Notes: generated from the letters alone by a model not told the origin. A stretch of DNA of 64,000 nucleotides from a virus (IMGVR_UViG_3300011890_000001:192001-256000), one strand, 5' to 3'; numbered from the stretch's first letter, positions 19,788 to 30,651 are shown. Program-made: numbers and translations.

Positions 19788-21521
19788 ATGATTATCGAAG
19801 ATGTGGCACAGGGCTGGCCCACCATTGCCACAGAGGAAGGTTTGTCTCTGGCACTGGAAAGTCTGGCTCACGCCGGGGTTGTCTCAGAGCACCTCAGCCG
19901 GCCCTTCAACATCGCCATCTTTCGTCCCGAAGGTAACATGCTGCGCAATATGCGGCAGGTCACCAGTTCTGACATCCATGAAAACACCAAGGGTGACCTC
20001 CACCCAGACGGTTTGTTCTCCGTGGAGATCTTCGGCCGAGCCGGTTCTGCGGAGCGCGATAAGCGTTTTGCTTACATCGATATCAAGACCGAAATCTTCC
20101 ACCCACTGATCTATCAGGTGATCAGTCGCGTTCGTCGTCTTTATGCTGGCATTATCAACGGTGAGCTTTACGCCACTTGGGATGAGGCCAAAAAGGACTT
20201 TGTACCGGCAAATGAACTGGATGGCGAAACCGGTTTCTCTTTCTTCTGTCGCCATTGGCGCGATATCGAGTTCTCTCGTAATCGCTCCTTTGTTCGTGAC
20301 GCACGCATTGATCTGCTGGAGAAGTTCAAGGATGTCGCATTGACGTCCAAGATCCTCGTTATGCCGGCAGGTATGCGCGACCTGGATTACGATGAGAACG
20401 GTCGCCCCAGTTTCCACGAGATCAATAACCTCTACATGAAGCTGATCTCGACCTCGCGTCTGATCGGCATGCACGATGAGGTCTCCAACGACCCGGCACA
20501 TGACCTTCAGCGTCGGCTGCTCCAGTCGTACTTCAACGATATCTTCAACAACATCGAATCTATGATCGGTGGTAAGGAAGGTTTCTTCCTGAAGAAGTGG
20601 AGCTCGCGCACGGTAGTGAACTCTACCCGAAACGTCATCACAGCGTTGGACTCCTCCGCACCTGTCCTGGGCGCACCTAACACGGTGCGGTTCACTGACA
20701 CCATGGTAGGTATCTGGCAGCTGTCACGTGGTTTGCTGCCGTTGACCATTCACCTTCTGCGCAACGGTTTTATCAGTAAGGTGTTTGACGGCTCCAACAC
20801 CGCACGTCTAGTTGACCCCAAGACCTTGCGTTCCAGTTACGTCAGCTTGTCGGCTGATGCGCGTGACCGTTGGACTACGGTTGAAGGACTTGAGAAAGTA
20901 GTGTTCGGTTACAAGGCGTTTCGACTCCGTAATCGTCCGCTGATGGTGGACGGTCATTACCTGGGTCTGATCTACGCGCCGCCGGAGAACAAGGTCTTCA
21001 AGCTCTTCCACGACATCGACGAGCTCCCGCAGGGCGCGAACCGTAAACATGTTCGGCCGATCAACCTGATGGAGTTGATCTATCTGTCGGGTTATAAGGT
21101 CTGGAACGATCAGGTTGGTACTGTCACGCGTTACCCGATCGCAGGTACCGGTAGTTGTTACCCGACCACGGTCTATGTCAAGACCACCGTGGAAGGTGAG
21201 GTACGTCGGGAGTTGGACGACCTGTGGCAACCGATGGACGGGAATGAAAACCTGGCTATCGAATTCCCAACGTATTCGCCTCTGGCGTACTACGATACCT
21301 TGGGTATTGCCTCGGCACGCCTTGCCGGTCTTTCTGCTGACTTCGACGGCGACACCGGCAGTTTCATTCCGCTCTACACCGACGCACGAAAAGACTTCAA
21401 AGCCTACTTGGCCAGTAAGATGGCGTACGTGGACCCCATCGGTGGTCTGCGCACTAGCGGCGAAGTGTTGACCACTGAACTTTTCCTCCGTAGCTTTACT
21501 GGCCCCGTTAAGGTTAGCTGA
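19788..21521 (+). CDS. virion RNA polymerase beta' subunit, catalytic piece (phiKZ gp180-like)
   Basis: DGLFSVEIFG, RYP and the catalytic ADFDGD motif; GAGGT RBS. Confidence 0.93.
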   Translation: MIIEDVAQGWPTIATEEGLSLALESLAHAGVVSEHLSRPFNIAIFRPEGNMLRNMRQVTSSDIHENTKGDLHPDGLFSVEIFGRAGSAERDKRFAYIDIKTEIFHPLIYQVISRVRRLYAGIINGELYATWDEAKKDFVPANELDGETGFSFFCRHWRDIEFSRNRSFVRDARIDLLEKFKDVALTSKILVMPAGMRDLDYDENGRPSFHEINNLYMKLISTSRLIGMHDEVSNDPAHDLQRRLLQSYFNDIFNNIESMIGGKEGFFLKKWSSRTVVNSTRNVITALDSSAPVLGAPNTVRFTDTMVGIWQLSRGLLPLTIHLLRNGFISKVFDGSNTARLVDPKTLRSSYVSLSADARDRWTTVEGLEKVVFGYKAFRLRNRPLMVDGHYLGLIYAPPENKVFKLFHDIDELPQGANRKHVRPINLMELIYLSGYKVWNDQVGTVTRYPIAGTGSCYPTTVYVKTTVEGEVRRELDDLWQPMDGNENLAIEFPTYSPLAYYDTLGIASARLAGLSADFDGDTGSFIPLYTDARKDFKAYLASKMAYVDPIGGLRTSGEVLTTELFLRSFTGPVKVS

Positions 21522-21522
21522 G

Positions 21523-22845
21523 ATGAACTTTTCTCCTGAAGAAGAAAAACTGGCGCAATTGGGAGACACCCTGATTGCACTGGAAGAGCTGTCCGACCAA
21601 GTGGCTGACTTCGACGAAGACGACACGTCCGACCACAGTACCGATTCGGCCAATCTGTATCTGCTGGAGCGCGCGCTCCAAGAACAGCCCGGGATCAGTA
21701 TGGAAGAATTCAACTTCCAGACCATCAAAGACGCCGCTGCTGCTGCTGGTCGATTGACCGTTGCCACCGGTAAGGCCTTCATGGGTTTCCTCGATCAAGT
21801 CCACAAGACTGTCGACGGAACCTATCTGGTCAATGCGCGCCTGCTGGGTGAGCGCATCGGCAAGATCCGCGAGGATCGCAAGACTGCCAACTTTGGCAAG
21901 ATGGAACGACGCGATCTGGCCCGTGCTATGTCGGTGAACGGTACGATCGAATTCGACCATGCCGCAATTGCCGATACGTTGTTGGAGACTTCAAACGGTA
22001 TCTGCCGTCAGACCCTGCCGCAACAGGCGGCTGTTGTCCGAGCCCTGGCCGAGAAGCTGAAGGAAAACCGCAAGGACGGTCTGGGCGCCTACACTTCGGC
22101 CGTCGATCAGATGGTCAAGATCATTGCATCGGCTCGCCAGCCGATTGACATGTTCGACAGTCGACACATTGAGGCTGTTTGGCCGGGCAACCGACGCATC
22201 TTCCAGAAGGTCCGACCGGCGGCCCCGCGCCGCGCACCAGTGAGCCAAGACGGCGGTGTGCGCAAGCTGGTGCTGGCTGTCTCGTCCACCTCGGTAGGTA
22301 TCCGCGGTAAGGTCGAAGTCACCGGACCGAACGTCAACGACACGCTACCGATCCTGACGCCCGAGCAGATGGTTCGTTGTCTGGACTCTGCCCGCAAGTT
22401 GTTGGAAGAGGCTGTCAATGTCTCCAAGATCGCCAAGTCGTTTGCCAAGGACAAAACACCCAGTGCCGCCGGCCTGATGCTTTCCGGCATCGTCAATGGA
22501 CTGCGCCAACAGATCGCCGACATCACTAGCGCCCAAGAGGACGGTTATGATGTGATCGAAGGCCCGTCCGGTGGCGGCATCGCGCCTGTCCGACACAAGC
22601 CTGGCACGCGCGGTTTCGACCCCACCAAGACAATGCCGACTTTTGGTTTTGAATCCCGCAAGGAAATGAGTGACGAAGAGATTCGTGACCGCATCCTTCA
22701 AGGTGTCTGGGTGGCCCGTTACACCAAAATCTCCCTGATCGACCACCAGCGCACTGCGCGCGCTTTGGTGATGTTGCTGATGGGTGTGGGTCGTACCTAC
22801 CTCAAGTATGTCGAAGAAAGCTTGAAGTACTACGAGCAACGATAA
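21523..22845 (+). CDS. probable internal head/ejection protein with acidic propeptide
   Basis: acidic N-terminus with ALE and SME motifs typical of prohead-protease substrates; WPGN motif; lies in the vRNAP operon. Confidence 0.55.
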   Translation: MNFSPEEEKLAQLGDTLIALEELSDQVADFDEDDTSDHSTDSANLYLLERALQEQPGISMEEFNFQTIKDAAAAAGRLTVATGKAFMGFLDQVHKTVDGTYLVNARLLGERIGKIREDRKTANFGKMERRDLARAMSVNGTIEFDHAAIADTLLETSNGICRQTLPQQAAVVRALAEKLKENRKDGLGAYTSAVDQMVKIIASARQPIDMFDSRHIEAVWPGNRRIFQKVRPAAPRRAPVSQDGGVRKLVLAVSSTSVGIRGKVEVTGPNVNDTLPILTPEQMVRCLDSARKLLEEAVNVSKIAKSFAKDKTPSAAGLMLSGIVNGLRQQIADITSAQEDGYDVIEGPSGGGIAPVRHKPGTRGFDPTKTMPTFGFESRKEMSDEEIRDRILQGVWVARYTKISLIDHQRTARALVMLLMGVGRTYLKYVEESLKYYEQR

Positions 22846-22902
22846 ACACCAAGGACTGGGCGAGGCTTGTCCTCGCCCAGTTATCCTGCCCCGAGGTAAC
22901 TG

Positions 22903-25900
22903 ATGCTCACTTTTAACGCGCCCGAATCGAACGGCCTGACCGCGAGTATGGAGGCGATGGCGCCGCTTTATGACATGTACTTTCGAAAGTACGGCATTCT
23001 GCGACCCGTCCAACTTGTACAGCCGAAGGCACAGAAACTGGAAGAGTTGATTCTTCCGCAAAACAGCCTACTGCATTATCTGCCGGAAGACGAAATCGAA
23101 GTCTGTATTCCGCAGACCCATCCGTTGCTGGCACAAACCGAACGCCTTACCCTGATCCGTCATCTCGACCGACTGACCAGCGAGGAAGGCAAACCGCGAC
23201 TGCTGCCTGTACCGGTGGCTTCGATCAAGACCCAGTTCCATCGGCGCAATCGCCGCACCCGCGAGATGCTCACGCCCGACGTGACGCTGCGCGAAATGGA
23301 AACTGACGAGAAAAAGGTCGCCGCTGGTCCGGTCGGCACCTCACCGCTTCAGGTGAAGGTCTACAACTACGGACTGCTCAACCAGCTTTATCGCTACCCC
23401 ACTAATTTCTTCCGTGCCTACAATCGTTGGCGTAATCTTCAACACACTCTTTGGACCCACGTCGGTGACGTCGGTCGCAATTACCCGAACGTGAATCAGT
23501 TCATGTTTGCGCGATTGCCGACTGTACTGCCGACTATCGCGTACTTGCTGCGTGGCGAAAAGGAAATGACGCGCGACCTGATGGGTCGTTTCGCACAGCC
23601 TGAATCCCTGTTCATTCTTGAACTGTGGAAGTGGTTGGGTGATAAGCGCGACAGCTCTATCATCGCCAGGGCGACGCCTGAAGAGCTGCGCCGCATGAAC
23701 ATCATTTTCCAGGAGCAGGATCGCTGGATCATGGTGAACATGGGTCGGTTGAATGACTGGCGCAAGCGTCCGGACTCTGAAGACGGTCCAGTGCAGGTAG
23801 GCGGGGCGGTGGAGACCAAGCAGATTCAGCGCCGCTTCCTGCGTATGCTGATGGCGCTGATGGAGGTTCGCACTGGTATCAGCGGCGAAGCACCGCAACC
23901 GATCGCCAAGTCCATTGATGCCGTGCCTGAAGTTTCCGTCGACGGCGAAGGGGAAGTTGAGGTTAAGACGGTAGTCAAGCCCGACCCCATCCAGCTGAAG
24001 GTGACGGACGATGAAGGCAAGACCAGCAAAGTCCGTTTGACCGCTCATCTGAATTTGGACAGGCTGCCCAGCAACCTGGCTGAAGAGACCGACGAGAACC
24101 AGGCTTTGATTGACGAAGCCATCACGATGGACCTGAAGGCTTTGGATCATCTGGCAGCACAGTACGAGGAGTCGTTGGTGGACGGCGAGGAAGATTCGCC
24201 CCAAGATACCTACGACAACGAAATCAGTGCGATGGTCAAGTACGTCCCTGAGGAAACCACCCCTGAGAAGGGTGTGATGGATGCAGTGGATCAGCTGGCC
24301 GATGCGGGTATGATCTCCGGTGCGGAGTATCGTCGCATGCAGGCGCTCTCCACGGCCTATACTCGAATCCCGAATCCGTTCGGTGAGGGCGCACTCGCAG
24401 ATCTGTTGGTGATCAACCCAGAAGATCGTTCGCTGGATAATCCGCAGCAGTTCCCGGATAATCCTCAGGTGCCGGATAAGTCGTTGCTCAAGAGCACGAT
24501 CGTTGACTTCACCCCGAAGTACCTGAAGGAGCTCTACCCGAAGGACGTGGCACGCACACTGATGTCCTTCCAGAAGGCCGGCATTGCTGTCACCTCGGTG
24601 GAACACGAAGAAGTGCGTAACGCATTGAACCATTTCGAACGGTTCTCCGTGCAGTTGACGCCGACCCAAGGTCGTGCCTCGACCATTCACATGCGCGTAC
24701 CTAAGATCAAGGACGACGGCACTTACATCGACAACGGTTCGCGTTACCGCCGCCGTATCCAACGTGGTGATCTTCCGATCCGTAAGATCAATCCGCGCGT
24801 GGTGGCACTGTCCAGCTATTACGATCGCACCACGATCAGTCGTTCCGAAAAGATGGTAGACAACCTGCACGTCTGGTTGACTAACCTGATCGTTTCGATG
24901 GCAATGAAGCCGGACAATGACAAGGTCACTGAACCTGCCCTGAGTAACGTCTTTGTTTCCGACAACCGCACGCCGCGCATCTACTCGATGTTGGCGCATC
25001 GTTTCTTGTCTTTCAAGAGCGGTGATCTGTTCTTCTATTTCGACTACGCTACTCGCCATCAGAAGTTTGGTGCTGAACGCGTGGATCAGATCGAGAAGGG
25101 CGAGCTGACGGTCATCGGCAGTAAAGGTGAGAACCTGTTGGTGGTAGACGAAGGTAATACCATCTACGAAGCCGTTGGGTTGGAGCTGAAGGTGCTGGGC
25201 ACGATGCTCGAGATCCTCGACATCACGGCGATCCCGCCGGTGGAAGTGGCGGAGATGAAGATCTTCCGTAAGCAGCTTCCGGTCGGTGTGTTCCTGGCTT
25301 ATCACCTCGGCATCACTGAACTGTTCCGACTGTTGGGTGTCGTACCGCGCCGCGTACCGACCGGTACTCGTCTGAACATGGCCGACGACGAAATGGCTAT
25401 TCGTTTCCAAGACGAGTCGTGGGTGATTCCCAACGATGGCGGGAAGGCAGGTCTGATTCTGACCGGCCTGGTCAAGTACGAGAAGATCACCAAGGATTAC
25501 AGCTCGCATCTGTTTGACCGTAAGGACGTGTACTTTAACGTTCTGGAGCGGGCAGGCATGGGCGTGCGCTATATCCGTGAGATGACACTGATCGAACAGA
25601 TGTTTGTCGATCCGATGACCGAGGACGTATTGAAGGAGATGGGCGAACCCACTGACTTCATCGGCCTGTGTTTCCGAGCCTGCGAACTGCTGGTCACCGA
25701 CTGGTCGCCGCAGGAGACCGACATGGCCTACATGCGCCTGAAGGGGTATGAAGGTATCGTTGGAGCCATGTACAGCGAGATGATCAAGTCGCTGCGACAG
25801 TTCAACGCACGTGGTGCTATTGCCAATCGTAAGATTGACATGCATCCCGAAGCCGTGTGGGTTAACATCGCCACCGACTCCGTCAAGAAGGCGGTGGAAG

Positions 25901-27318
25901 AAGCCAACCCCGTGCACTGTATGCGTGAGCGTGAGGAAGTGACCTTCTCTGGTCACGGTGGTCGTTCCGGTCGTTCAATGGTTGAGCGTTCACGAATCTA
26001 CCATCCCAACGACATGGGTGTGATCTCCGAATCGACTAAGGACTCGGCGGACGTTTCGGTGACTACGTTCACCACCGCCAACCCGACGCTGACTTCGCTT
26101 CGCGGTATCACTCGCCGTATCGACATCGAGAAGGACGGCCCTGCGTCAATCTTGTCGTCACCAGCATTGTTGTCGCCGGCAGCCGATCGCGACGACGGTA
26201 AGCGTGTAGGCTTTATTCCGATTCAGCATTCGTCGGGCACGTTCACCAAGGGTTACCGCACCACGCCGCTGCGTACTGGTTTTGAACACGTCATCGCGCA
26301 TCGCGTGGACGACATGTTTGCAAGCTCGGCTACCGATGACGGTAAGATCATTGCACTGAGCAACTCGGTACTGACTGTCGAATACGCCAACGGCGCGAAG
26401 CAGTCTATTCAAATCGGTCGCCGCTTCGGTAAGGCTGCCGGTAAGAACATTCCGCAGATGCTGGTCACTGACTTCAAGCTGGGGGAGACGGTTAAGAAGG
26501 GTGACGTTCTTGCTTACAACAGCAATTACTTTGCACCCGACCTGCTGGTACCGAAGCAAGTAGTTTGGAAGGCTGGTGTGATGGCCATGGTTGCTTTCAT
26601 GGAACACGCCGATACGCTGGAAGACTCCTCGGTTATTTCCGAGAAACTCGCTAAGGAACTGGAGACCTCTGTCACGACCATTCGCGATATCACGGTAGCG
26701 TTCTCCGACACCGTCCACGGTCTTGTACAAGTGGGAGATGAGGTCGAAGATGACACAATCCTATGTACGATCGAAGACGCCGTAACGGCTGAGAGTAATC
26801 TGTTCAGTGAGAAATCACTCGACATGCTCCAGTTGTTGGCTGCCAATACGCCTCGCGCTAAACAGCGTGGCGTCGTGGAAAAGATCGAGGTACTGTACCA
26901 TGGCGATCTGGAAGACATGTCCGAATCGCTGGGCCTGATCGCTGGACAAAGTGATCGGGCGCGCAAGCGCCTGTGTCGCGAGATGGGTGAACCGCCCATC
27001 ACCGGTCTGGTTGACGCCACCGCACGTATTCAGAGCCAGCCCCTGGTGGCTGACCATGCTGTTATTCGCGTTTACATCACTGGTCCCGTCGCCGCTGGCG
27101 TTGGTGACAAGGTGGTATTCGCTAGCCAGCTGAAGAGTGTGGTTGGTCGACTGATGGCCGGTCGCAATGAGACTAAGGACGGGCAAGAGATCGATGCTAT
27201 CTTTAGCTATCAGTCTGTCGCCAACCGAATCGTGCGTAGTCCCGAGATCATAGGCATGGCCAATCTGCTCCTGCTGAAGCTTAGCGAACGCATGGCCGAC
27301 ACGTACTTCAACGAATGA
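22903..27318 (+). CDS. virion RNA polymerase beta subunit, large piece (phiKZ gp178-like)
   Basis: 1471 aa; TFSGHGGRS, DMGVISEST.DS.DV, TLEDSSVIS, GVGDKVVFASQLKSVVG, IDAIF RpoB-like motifs. Confidence 0.93.
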   Translation: MLTFNAPESNGLTASMEAMAPLYDMYFRKYGILRPVQLVQPKAQKLEELILPQNSLLHYLPEDEIEVCIPQTHPLLAQTERLTLIRHLDRLTSEEGKPRLLPVPVASIKTQFHRRNRRTREMLTPDVTLREMETDEKKVAAGPVGTSPLQVKVYNYGLLNQLYRYPTNFFRAYNRWRNLQHTLWTHVGDVGRNYPNVNQFMFARLPTVLPTIAYLLRGEKEMTRDLMGRFAQPESLFILELWKWLGDKRDSSIIARATPEELRRMNIIFQEQDRWIMVNMGRLNDWRKRPDSEDGPVQVGGAVETKQIQRRFLRMLMALMEVRTGISGEAPQPIAKSIDAVPEVSVDGEGEVEVKTVVKPDPIQLKVTDDEGKTSKVRLTAHLNLDRLPSNLAEETDENQALIDEAITMDLKALDHLAAQYEESLVDGEEDSPQDTYDNEISAMVKYVPEETTPEKGVMDAVDQLADAGMISGAEYRRMQALSTAYTRIPNPFGEGALADLLVINPEDRSLDNPQQFPDNPQVPDKSLLKSTIVDFTPKYLKELYPKDVARTLMSFQKAGIAVTSVEHEEVRNALNHFERFSVQLTPTQGRASTIHMRVPKIKDDGTYIDNGSRYRRRIQRGDLPIRKINPRVVALSSYYDRTTISRSEKMVDNLHVWLTNLIVSMAMKPDNDKVTEPALSNVFVSDNRTPRIYSMLAHRFLSFKSGDLFFYFDYATRHQKFGAERVDQIEKGELTVIGSKGENLLVVDEGNTIYEAVGLELKVLGTMLEILDITAIPPVEVAEMKIFRKQLPVGVFLAYHLGITELFRLLGVVPRRVPTGTRLNMADDEMAIRFQDESWVIPNDGGKAGLILTGLVKYEKITKDYSSHLFDRKDVYFNVLERAGMGVRYIREMTLIEQMFVDPMTEDVLKEMGEPTDFIGLCFRACELLVTDWSPQETDMAYMRLKGYEGIVGAMYSEMIKSLRQFNARGAIANRKIDMHPEAVWVNIATDSVKKAVEEANPVHCMREREEVTFSGHGGRSGRSMVERSRIYHPNDMGVISESTKDSADVSVTTFTTANPTLTSLRGITRRIDIEKDGPASILSSPALLSPAADRDDGKRVGFIPIQHSSGTFTKGYRTTPLRTGFEHVIAHRVDDMFASSATDDGKIIALSNSVLTVEYANGAKQSIQIGRRFGKAAGKNIPQMLVTDFKLGETVKKGDVLAYNSNYFAPDLLVPKQVVWKAGVMAMVAFMEHADTLEDSSVISEKLAKELETSVTTIRDITVAFSDTVHGLVQVGDEVEDDTILCTIEDAVTAESNLFSEKSLDMLQLLAANTPRAKQRGVVEKIEVLYHGDLEDMSESLGLIAGQSDRARKRLCREMGEPPITGLVDATARIQSQPLVADHAVIRVYITGPVAAGVGDKVVFASQLKSVVGRLMAGRNETKDGQEIDAIFSYQSVANRIVRSPEIIGMANLLLLKLSERMADTYFNE

Positions 27319-27320
27319 TG

Positions 27321-27347
27321 AGTGGGGGCCTTCGGGCCCCCACTTTT
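27321..27347 (+). terminator. intrinsic terminator
   Basis: AGTGGGGGCC-TTCG-GGCCCCCACT-TTT. Confidence 0.8.
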
Positions 27348-27383
27348 CTAACCCGCCACCGCACTCAGGAAACTGAAAAGAAA

Positions 27384-27596
27384 ATGAGCACCATTTCCAA
27401 AGAAAGCGCGATCGAGCAGAGCACTGTTCCGACGCTGGCCAATGCCATCCACATGGGTGCCGAAGCCATTCTGCGTGTCGCAGGCAATGAAATCGCCAAC
27501 ACCATTCGTGGTAAGGCCCTCACTGTCTCCGCACTCCACTCGGCGCTGGCTACCCGTATCCGTAGCCGCACTCCCGCCATCCAGAAGAAGGGCTGA
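27384..27596 (+). CDS. small hypothetical protein (70 aa)
   Basis: ATG downstream of the terminator; biased codons; abuts next gene. Confidence 0.65.
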   Translation: MSTISKESAIEQSTVPTLANAIHMGAEAILRVAGNEIANTIRGKALTVSALHSALATRIRSRTPAIQKKG

Positions 27597-27599
27597 ATC

Positions 27600-29018
27600 A
27601 TGCTGCACGCCACTGCCGTAGGTATGAGCCAGATCGTCAATCAGGATCTGACTCTCAAAAATGTCAAGATCGAAGCACGTCCGGGCACCGCACTGGAAGC
27701 GCTGACTGATCTGTCCACTGCCGACATCCAAGTCCAAAAACACATCAAGGTCGATGGAGCGTCGCTTCCCATCGATCTGGCCGCTTCCCTGGAATCGGCA
27801 GCCAACGTTCCGGAAGAAGGCGCCAGCATGACTGAACATGACGTCGTCATGGATCAGGCTGTCGAGATGCTGGCCACCCAGCTGGCCGGTCTGCTGGATA
27901 CCGCCCAGAACGTCGTCAATCCGACCATTCGTCGCGTCCATGATTTCGTCGATGCTGAACTGCTGCGCTGCATCGTTCCGAAGGCTTCTCCTTTCACCAT
28001 CGTCAAGAAGCGCCCGCCGGCCGTCCTGCGTAGCGTACTGCTGCGGGAGTCTGTCGCACGTTTCGCCGCCGGTCCGACGACCGACTTTATGACCCGTGAT
28101 GTCGGCGCCGTGGCCCCGGGCGATCTGAAGACCACTATGGTCACCGGCCACCAGAGCATGGACGAGCTGCTGGATGGCGTTATTCAGGACGTCGGCTACG
28201 ACGCACTGATGGCCACCTGGAACCAGCTGTTCAATGTGAACTCCAGTCTGCGCGTCGGGTTCTCCTCCGACGAAACGGCCACGATGGCTGTTGCTGCATT
28301 CTTCATGGCTTCGCATGCACACGTCAATGTGCCGGCTGGCGTTCAGATCAACCTGGCCGAATGGCGCGCCTACACCTCGGGCCTGATCGCCACCCTGGGC
28401 TGTCTGATTCTGGAACACATCGACCGCGCCGATAAGTCGGCTCAGTTCGGCTCCATGATCCTCCGCACTCCGGTTCCGGGTAACCGCGAGGGTGAGATCA
28501 TCGTCGATGGTGCACGCTTTGACAACTGGTGCGCACGCGGTGGTTCGGAAGAGATCCTGCTGGGTGCCTTTATCGGCGACAACCGACTGGGTGATCCGGA
28601 ATCCCTGCTGGAGAACGCCGCTGCCCACCGTAAGGCCTGGGCCGTCCACTGCGGCATGTTCCAAGCCCACCGTACCGCCGATCGTCTGACCGTGGTACAG
28701 CAGGCGCTTCAGCGCGCACTGGCTGCTGAAGTGGTCGGTCAGCTGGCTGAAGAAGACCGACCGGCTGCACACGACAAGCTGAACGCATTCTGCTACGCGA
28801 TCACCATGTACGACATGGAGAAACTGTGGGAAACCTGCCGCGCGGGCGTCTGCTCTGTGCTTTTCCCCAACAGTGATGCTGCACGACTGCTGATCAACAT
28901 CGACGCCCAGACCAAGAACAATCCGGATCTGGAACCGCGCGAACTGGCACTGCTGGCTTCGATCGACCTCGTGGCCGACTGGGTGTGCAGTTCGATGGTG
29001 GTGTGCGACAACCCCTGA
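27600..29018 (+). CDS. head/ejection protein (phiKZ gp177-like)
   Basis: synteny between vRNAP beta and protease; ALE/SLE motifs near the N-terminus. Confidence 0.65.
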   Translation: MLHATAVGMSQIVNQDLTLKNVKIEARPGTALEALTDLSTADIQVQKHIKVDGASLPIDLAASLESAANVPEEGASMTEHDVVMDQAVEMLATQLAGLLDTAQNVVNPTIRRVHDFVDAELLRCIVPKASPFTIVKKRPPAVLRSVLLRESVARFAAGPTTDFMTRDVGAVAPGDLKTTMVTGHQSMDELLDGVIQDVGYDALMATWNQLFNVNSSLRVGFSSDETATMAVAAFFMASHAHVNVPAGVQINLAEWRAYTSGLIATLGCLILEHIDRADKSAQFGSMILRTPVPGNREGEIIVDGARFDNWCARGGSEEILLGAFIGDNRLGDPESLLENAAAHRKAWAVHCGMFQAHRTADRLTVVQQALQRALAAEVVGQLAEEDRPAAHDKLNAFCYAITMYDMEKLWETCRAGVCSVLFPNSDAARLLINIDAQTKNNPDLEPRELALLASIDLVADWVCSSMVVCDNP

Positions 29019-29026
29019 GGTAAACC

Positions 29027-29761
29027 ATGGACTTCTCAGCATTGATCCGCGACCCCCAAAAGGTCTACGAGGCGCTCTCTCTCCAAGAGGACGGTTCGAT
29101 CATCTGCCTCAAGCCTGTTAAGGTGATCATCCCCACTCGCTATCTAGAAAGTTCGCTAGCTGAGATTGGTGCCACTGTTTCGACTCTGGCCGTCTATGCA
29201 ATTGTGGTGGACGATAAGCATTACGCCGTCAGCAAGACGCTGGCGATGATGACGCTTACGCCCACCGCAGTTGCTACCCGCAAATACGACGAGACGAGTT
29301 ACGAAGAACTCTTCATGGATGTAGGCTCAGTGTTTACCCCCACCACTGACCTGGTGATAACCGACACACTGGTCTACTACGCTTTGGAGAACTTTGTTAA
29401 CCGAGGACGCATTCCGTGGTTCCTCGATTACGAAGACGTAGTGACCCTGACCTACACGGCAGAGAAACACGCCAACGTGAACCTGACTTCGTCTCATGCG
29501 GTATTGGCAATCATCGCATCGGCTGTTGCGCGCGATGTCAATGACAACCGCAAGTATTTCCGGCAGACACTTGTAGGGGCCGACAAGAAGCGAGGTCGTA
29601 ACGGTAGAGACGTGACATTTGTCCCGCTCAGCAGCGTCATCATGGGCGCTACCAACACCACCTCGCGACTGCAAGGTTCCCATCGAACCGACGGTACCAT
29701 CTCGGCACTCATTAACCCGAGTACCCGACTGGAACGTGTCGAACAACTTCTGCGCATGTAA
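29027..29761 (+). CDS. probable vRNAP beta' C-terminal piece (phiKZ gp176-like)
   Basis: C-terminal FVPLSSVIMGATNTTSRLQGS...ISALINP resembles the RpoC C-terminus; directly upstream of the protease. Confidence 0.6.
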   Translation: MDFSALIRDPQKVYEALSLQEDGSIICLKPVKVIIPTRYLESSLAEIGATVSTLAVYAIVVDDKHYAVSKTLAMMTLTPTAVATRKYDETSYEELFMDVGSVFTPTTDLVITDTLVYYALENFVNRGRIPWFLDYEDVVTLTYTAEKHANVNLTSSHAVLAIIASAVARDVNDNRKYFRQTLVGADKKRGRNGRDVTFVPLSSVIMGATNTTSRLQGSHRTDGTISALINPSTRLERVEQLLRM

Positions 29762-29773
29762 CAAGGAAAACAG

Positions 29774-30541
29774 ATGAGCAGTTTCTCTCTTTCCTGCACG
29801 GCGCTGATGGGTACCAACAAAGCTGGAACCCTCAAGCCCGATGCAGACGGGTATTACACAGTCGTACTGGGCGCACTTGACGTCTACAACTCCATTGGTG
29901 CTTTCTATCCGGAAGCATCGGCGCGTGAGCTATTTGAGCGCTCCTCCTCGCTGATGCGGCGCGTCGCCTCGGGTAACCTACGGGGCGAGTACGGACATCC
30001 GCGTAAGGACCCGGGCATGTCCGACGATCAGTTCTTGGCGCGCGTTCGCGATATCGTGGAACAATGTGTCAGTCACCACATCCGTAAGGTAACGGTTGAC
30101 TACACCACGCATCGCAACAAGCACGGTCAGCCAGTTATCACCATTGTGGGTGAGGTCAAGCCGGCAGGTCCGTTTGGTCCGGCGCTACAGAAGCAGTTGG
30201 ACAATCCGTCGGAGGACGTTTGTTTCTCGATTCGTTCGCTGACCAACGACCGCTATGAAGGCGGTCGTCTGATGAAACACCTGAAGGTCATCGTGACCTG
30301 GGACTACGTCAATGAGCCCGGACTGGACGTTGCGCGCAAGTGGAATGCTCCTGGCCTGGAAAGCATTGTCGACCTGCCGGGCAGCGAAATCAAGTTCACC
30401 TTCGACGACTTCAAGACCAAGATGAAGAATCCTGGTCGTGTGGGCGTCGGACTGGAATCTTCCGGCGGTGTCAGTCACGAAGAGTTTGCGGCTGCCGTCG
30501 CTGGATGCTCCAACGTCGCACCGGCTTCTTCGCGCTGGTAA
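29774..30541 (+). CDS. prohead maturation protease (phiKZ gp175-like)
   Basis: catalytic motifs GEYGHP, VSHHI, FSIRS, TWDYVNEPG; C-terminal GLE sites. Confidence 0.9.
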   Translation: MSSFSLSCTALMGTNKAGTLKPDADGYYTVVLGALDVYNSIGAFYPEASARELFERSSSLMRRVASGNLRGEYGHPRKDPGMSDDQFLARVRDIVEQCVSHHIRKVTVDYTTHRNKHGQPVITIVGEVKPAGPFGPALQKQLDNPSEDVCFSIRSLTNDRYEGGRLMKHLKVIVTWDYVNEPGLDVARKWNAPGLESIVDLPGSEIKFTFDDFKTKMKNPGRVGVGLESSGGVSHEEFAAAVAGCSNVAPASSRW

Positions 30542-30546
30542 AAACT

Positions 30547-30565
30547 ATTTCAGGACCGTATCATC
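30547..30565 (+). promoter_or_regulatory. putative early promoter motif
   Basis: ATTTCAGGACCGTATCAT; near-identical to ATTTCAAGACC at 50315 and 62940. Confidence 0.45.
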
Positions 30566-30581
30566 GGACTGCAATGGAAAC

Positions 30582-30616
30582 CATAAAACCCCCACCCTTC
30601 GGGGTGGGGGCTTATG
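30582..30616. terminator. CATAA-hairpin-TTATG element
   Basis: CATAAAACCCCCACCC-TTCG-GGGTGGGGGCTTATG. Confidence 0.7.
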
Positions 30617-30651
30617 TCATCGTCAATCGAGACAAAGGGTTAGGTGTTTTA

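Noticed and set aside
19788-27318. Introns or inteins in RNAP genes (also terminase and DNA polymerase)
   Set aside because: ORFs are continuous, of expected length, with no intein splice motifs or embedded endonuclease seen
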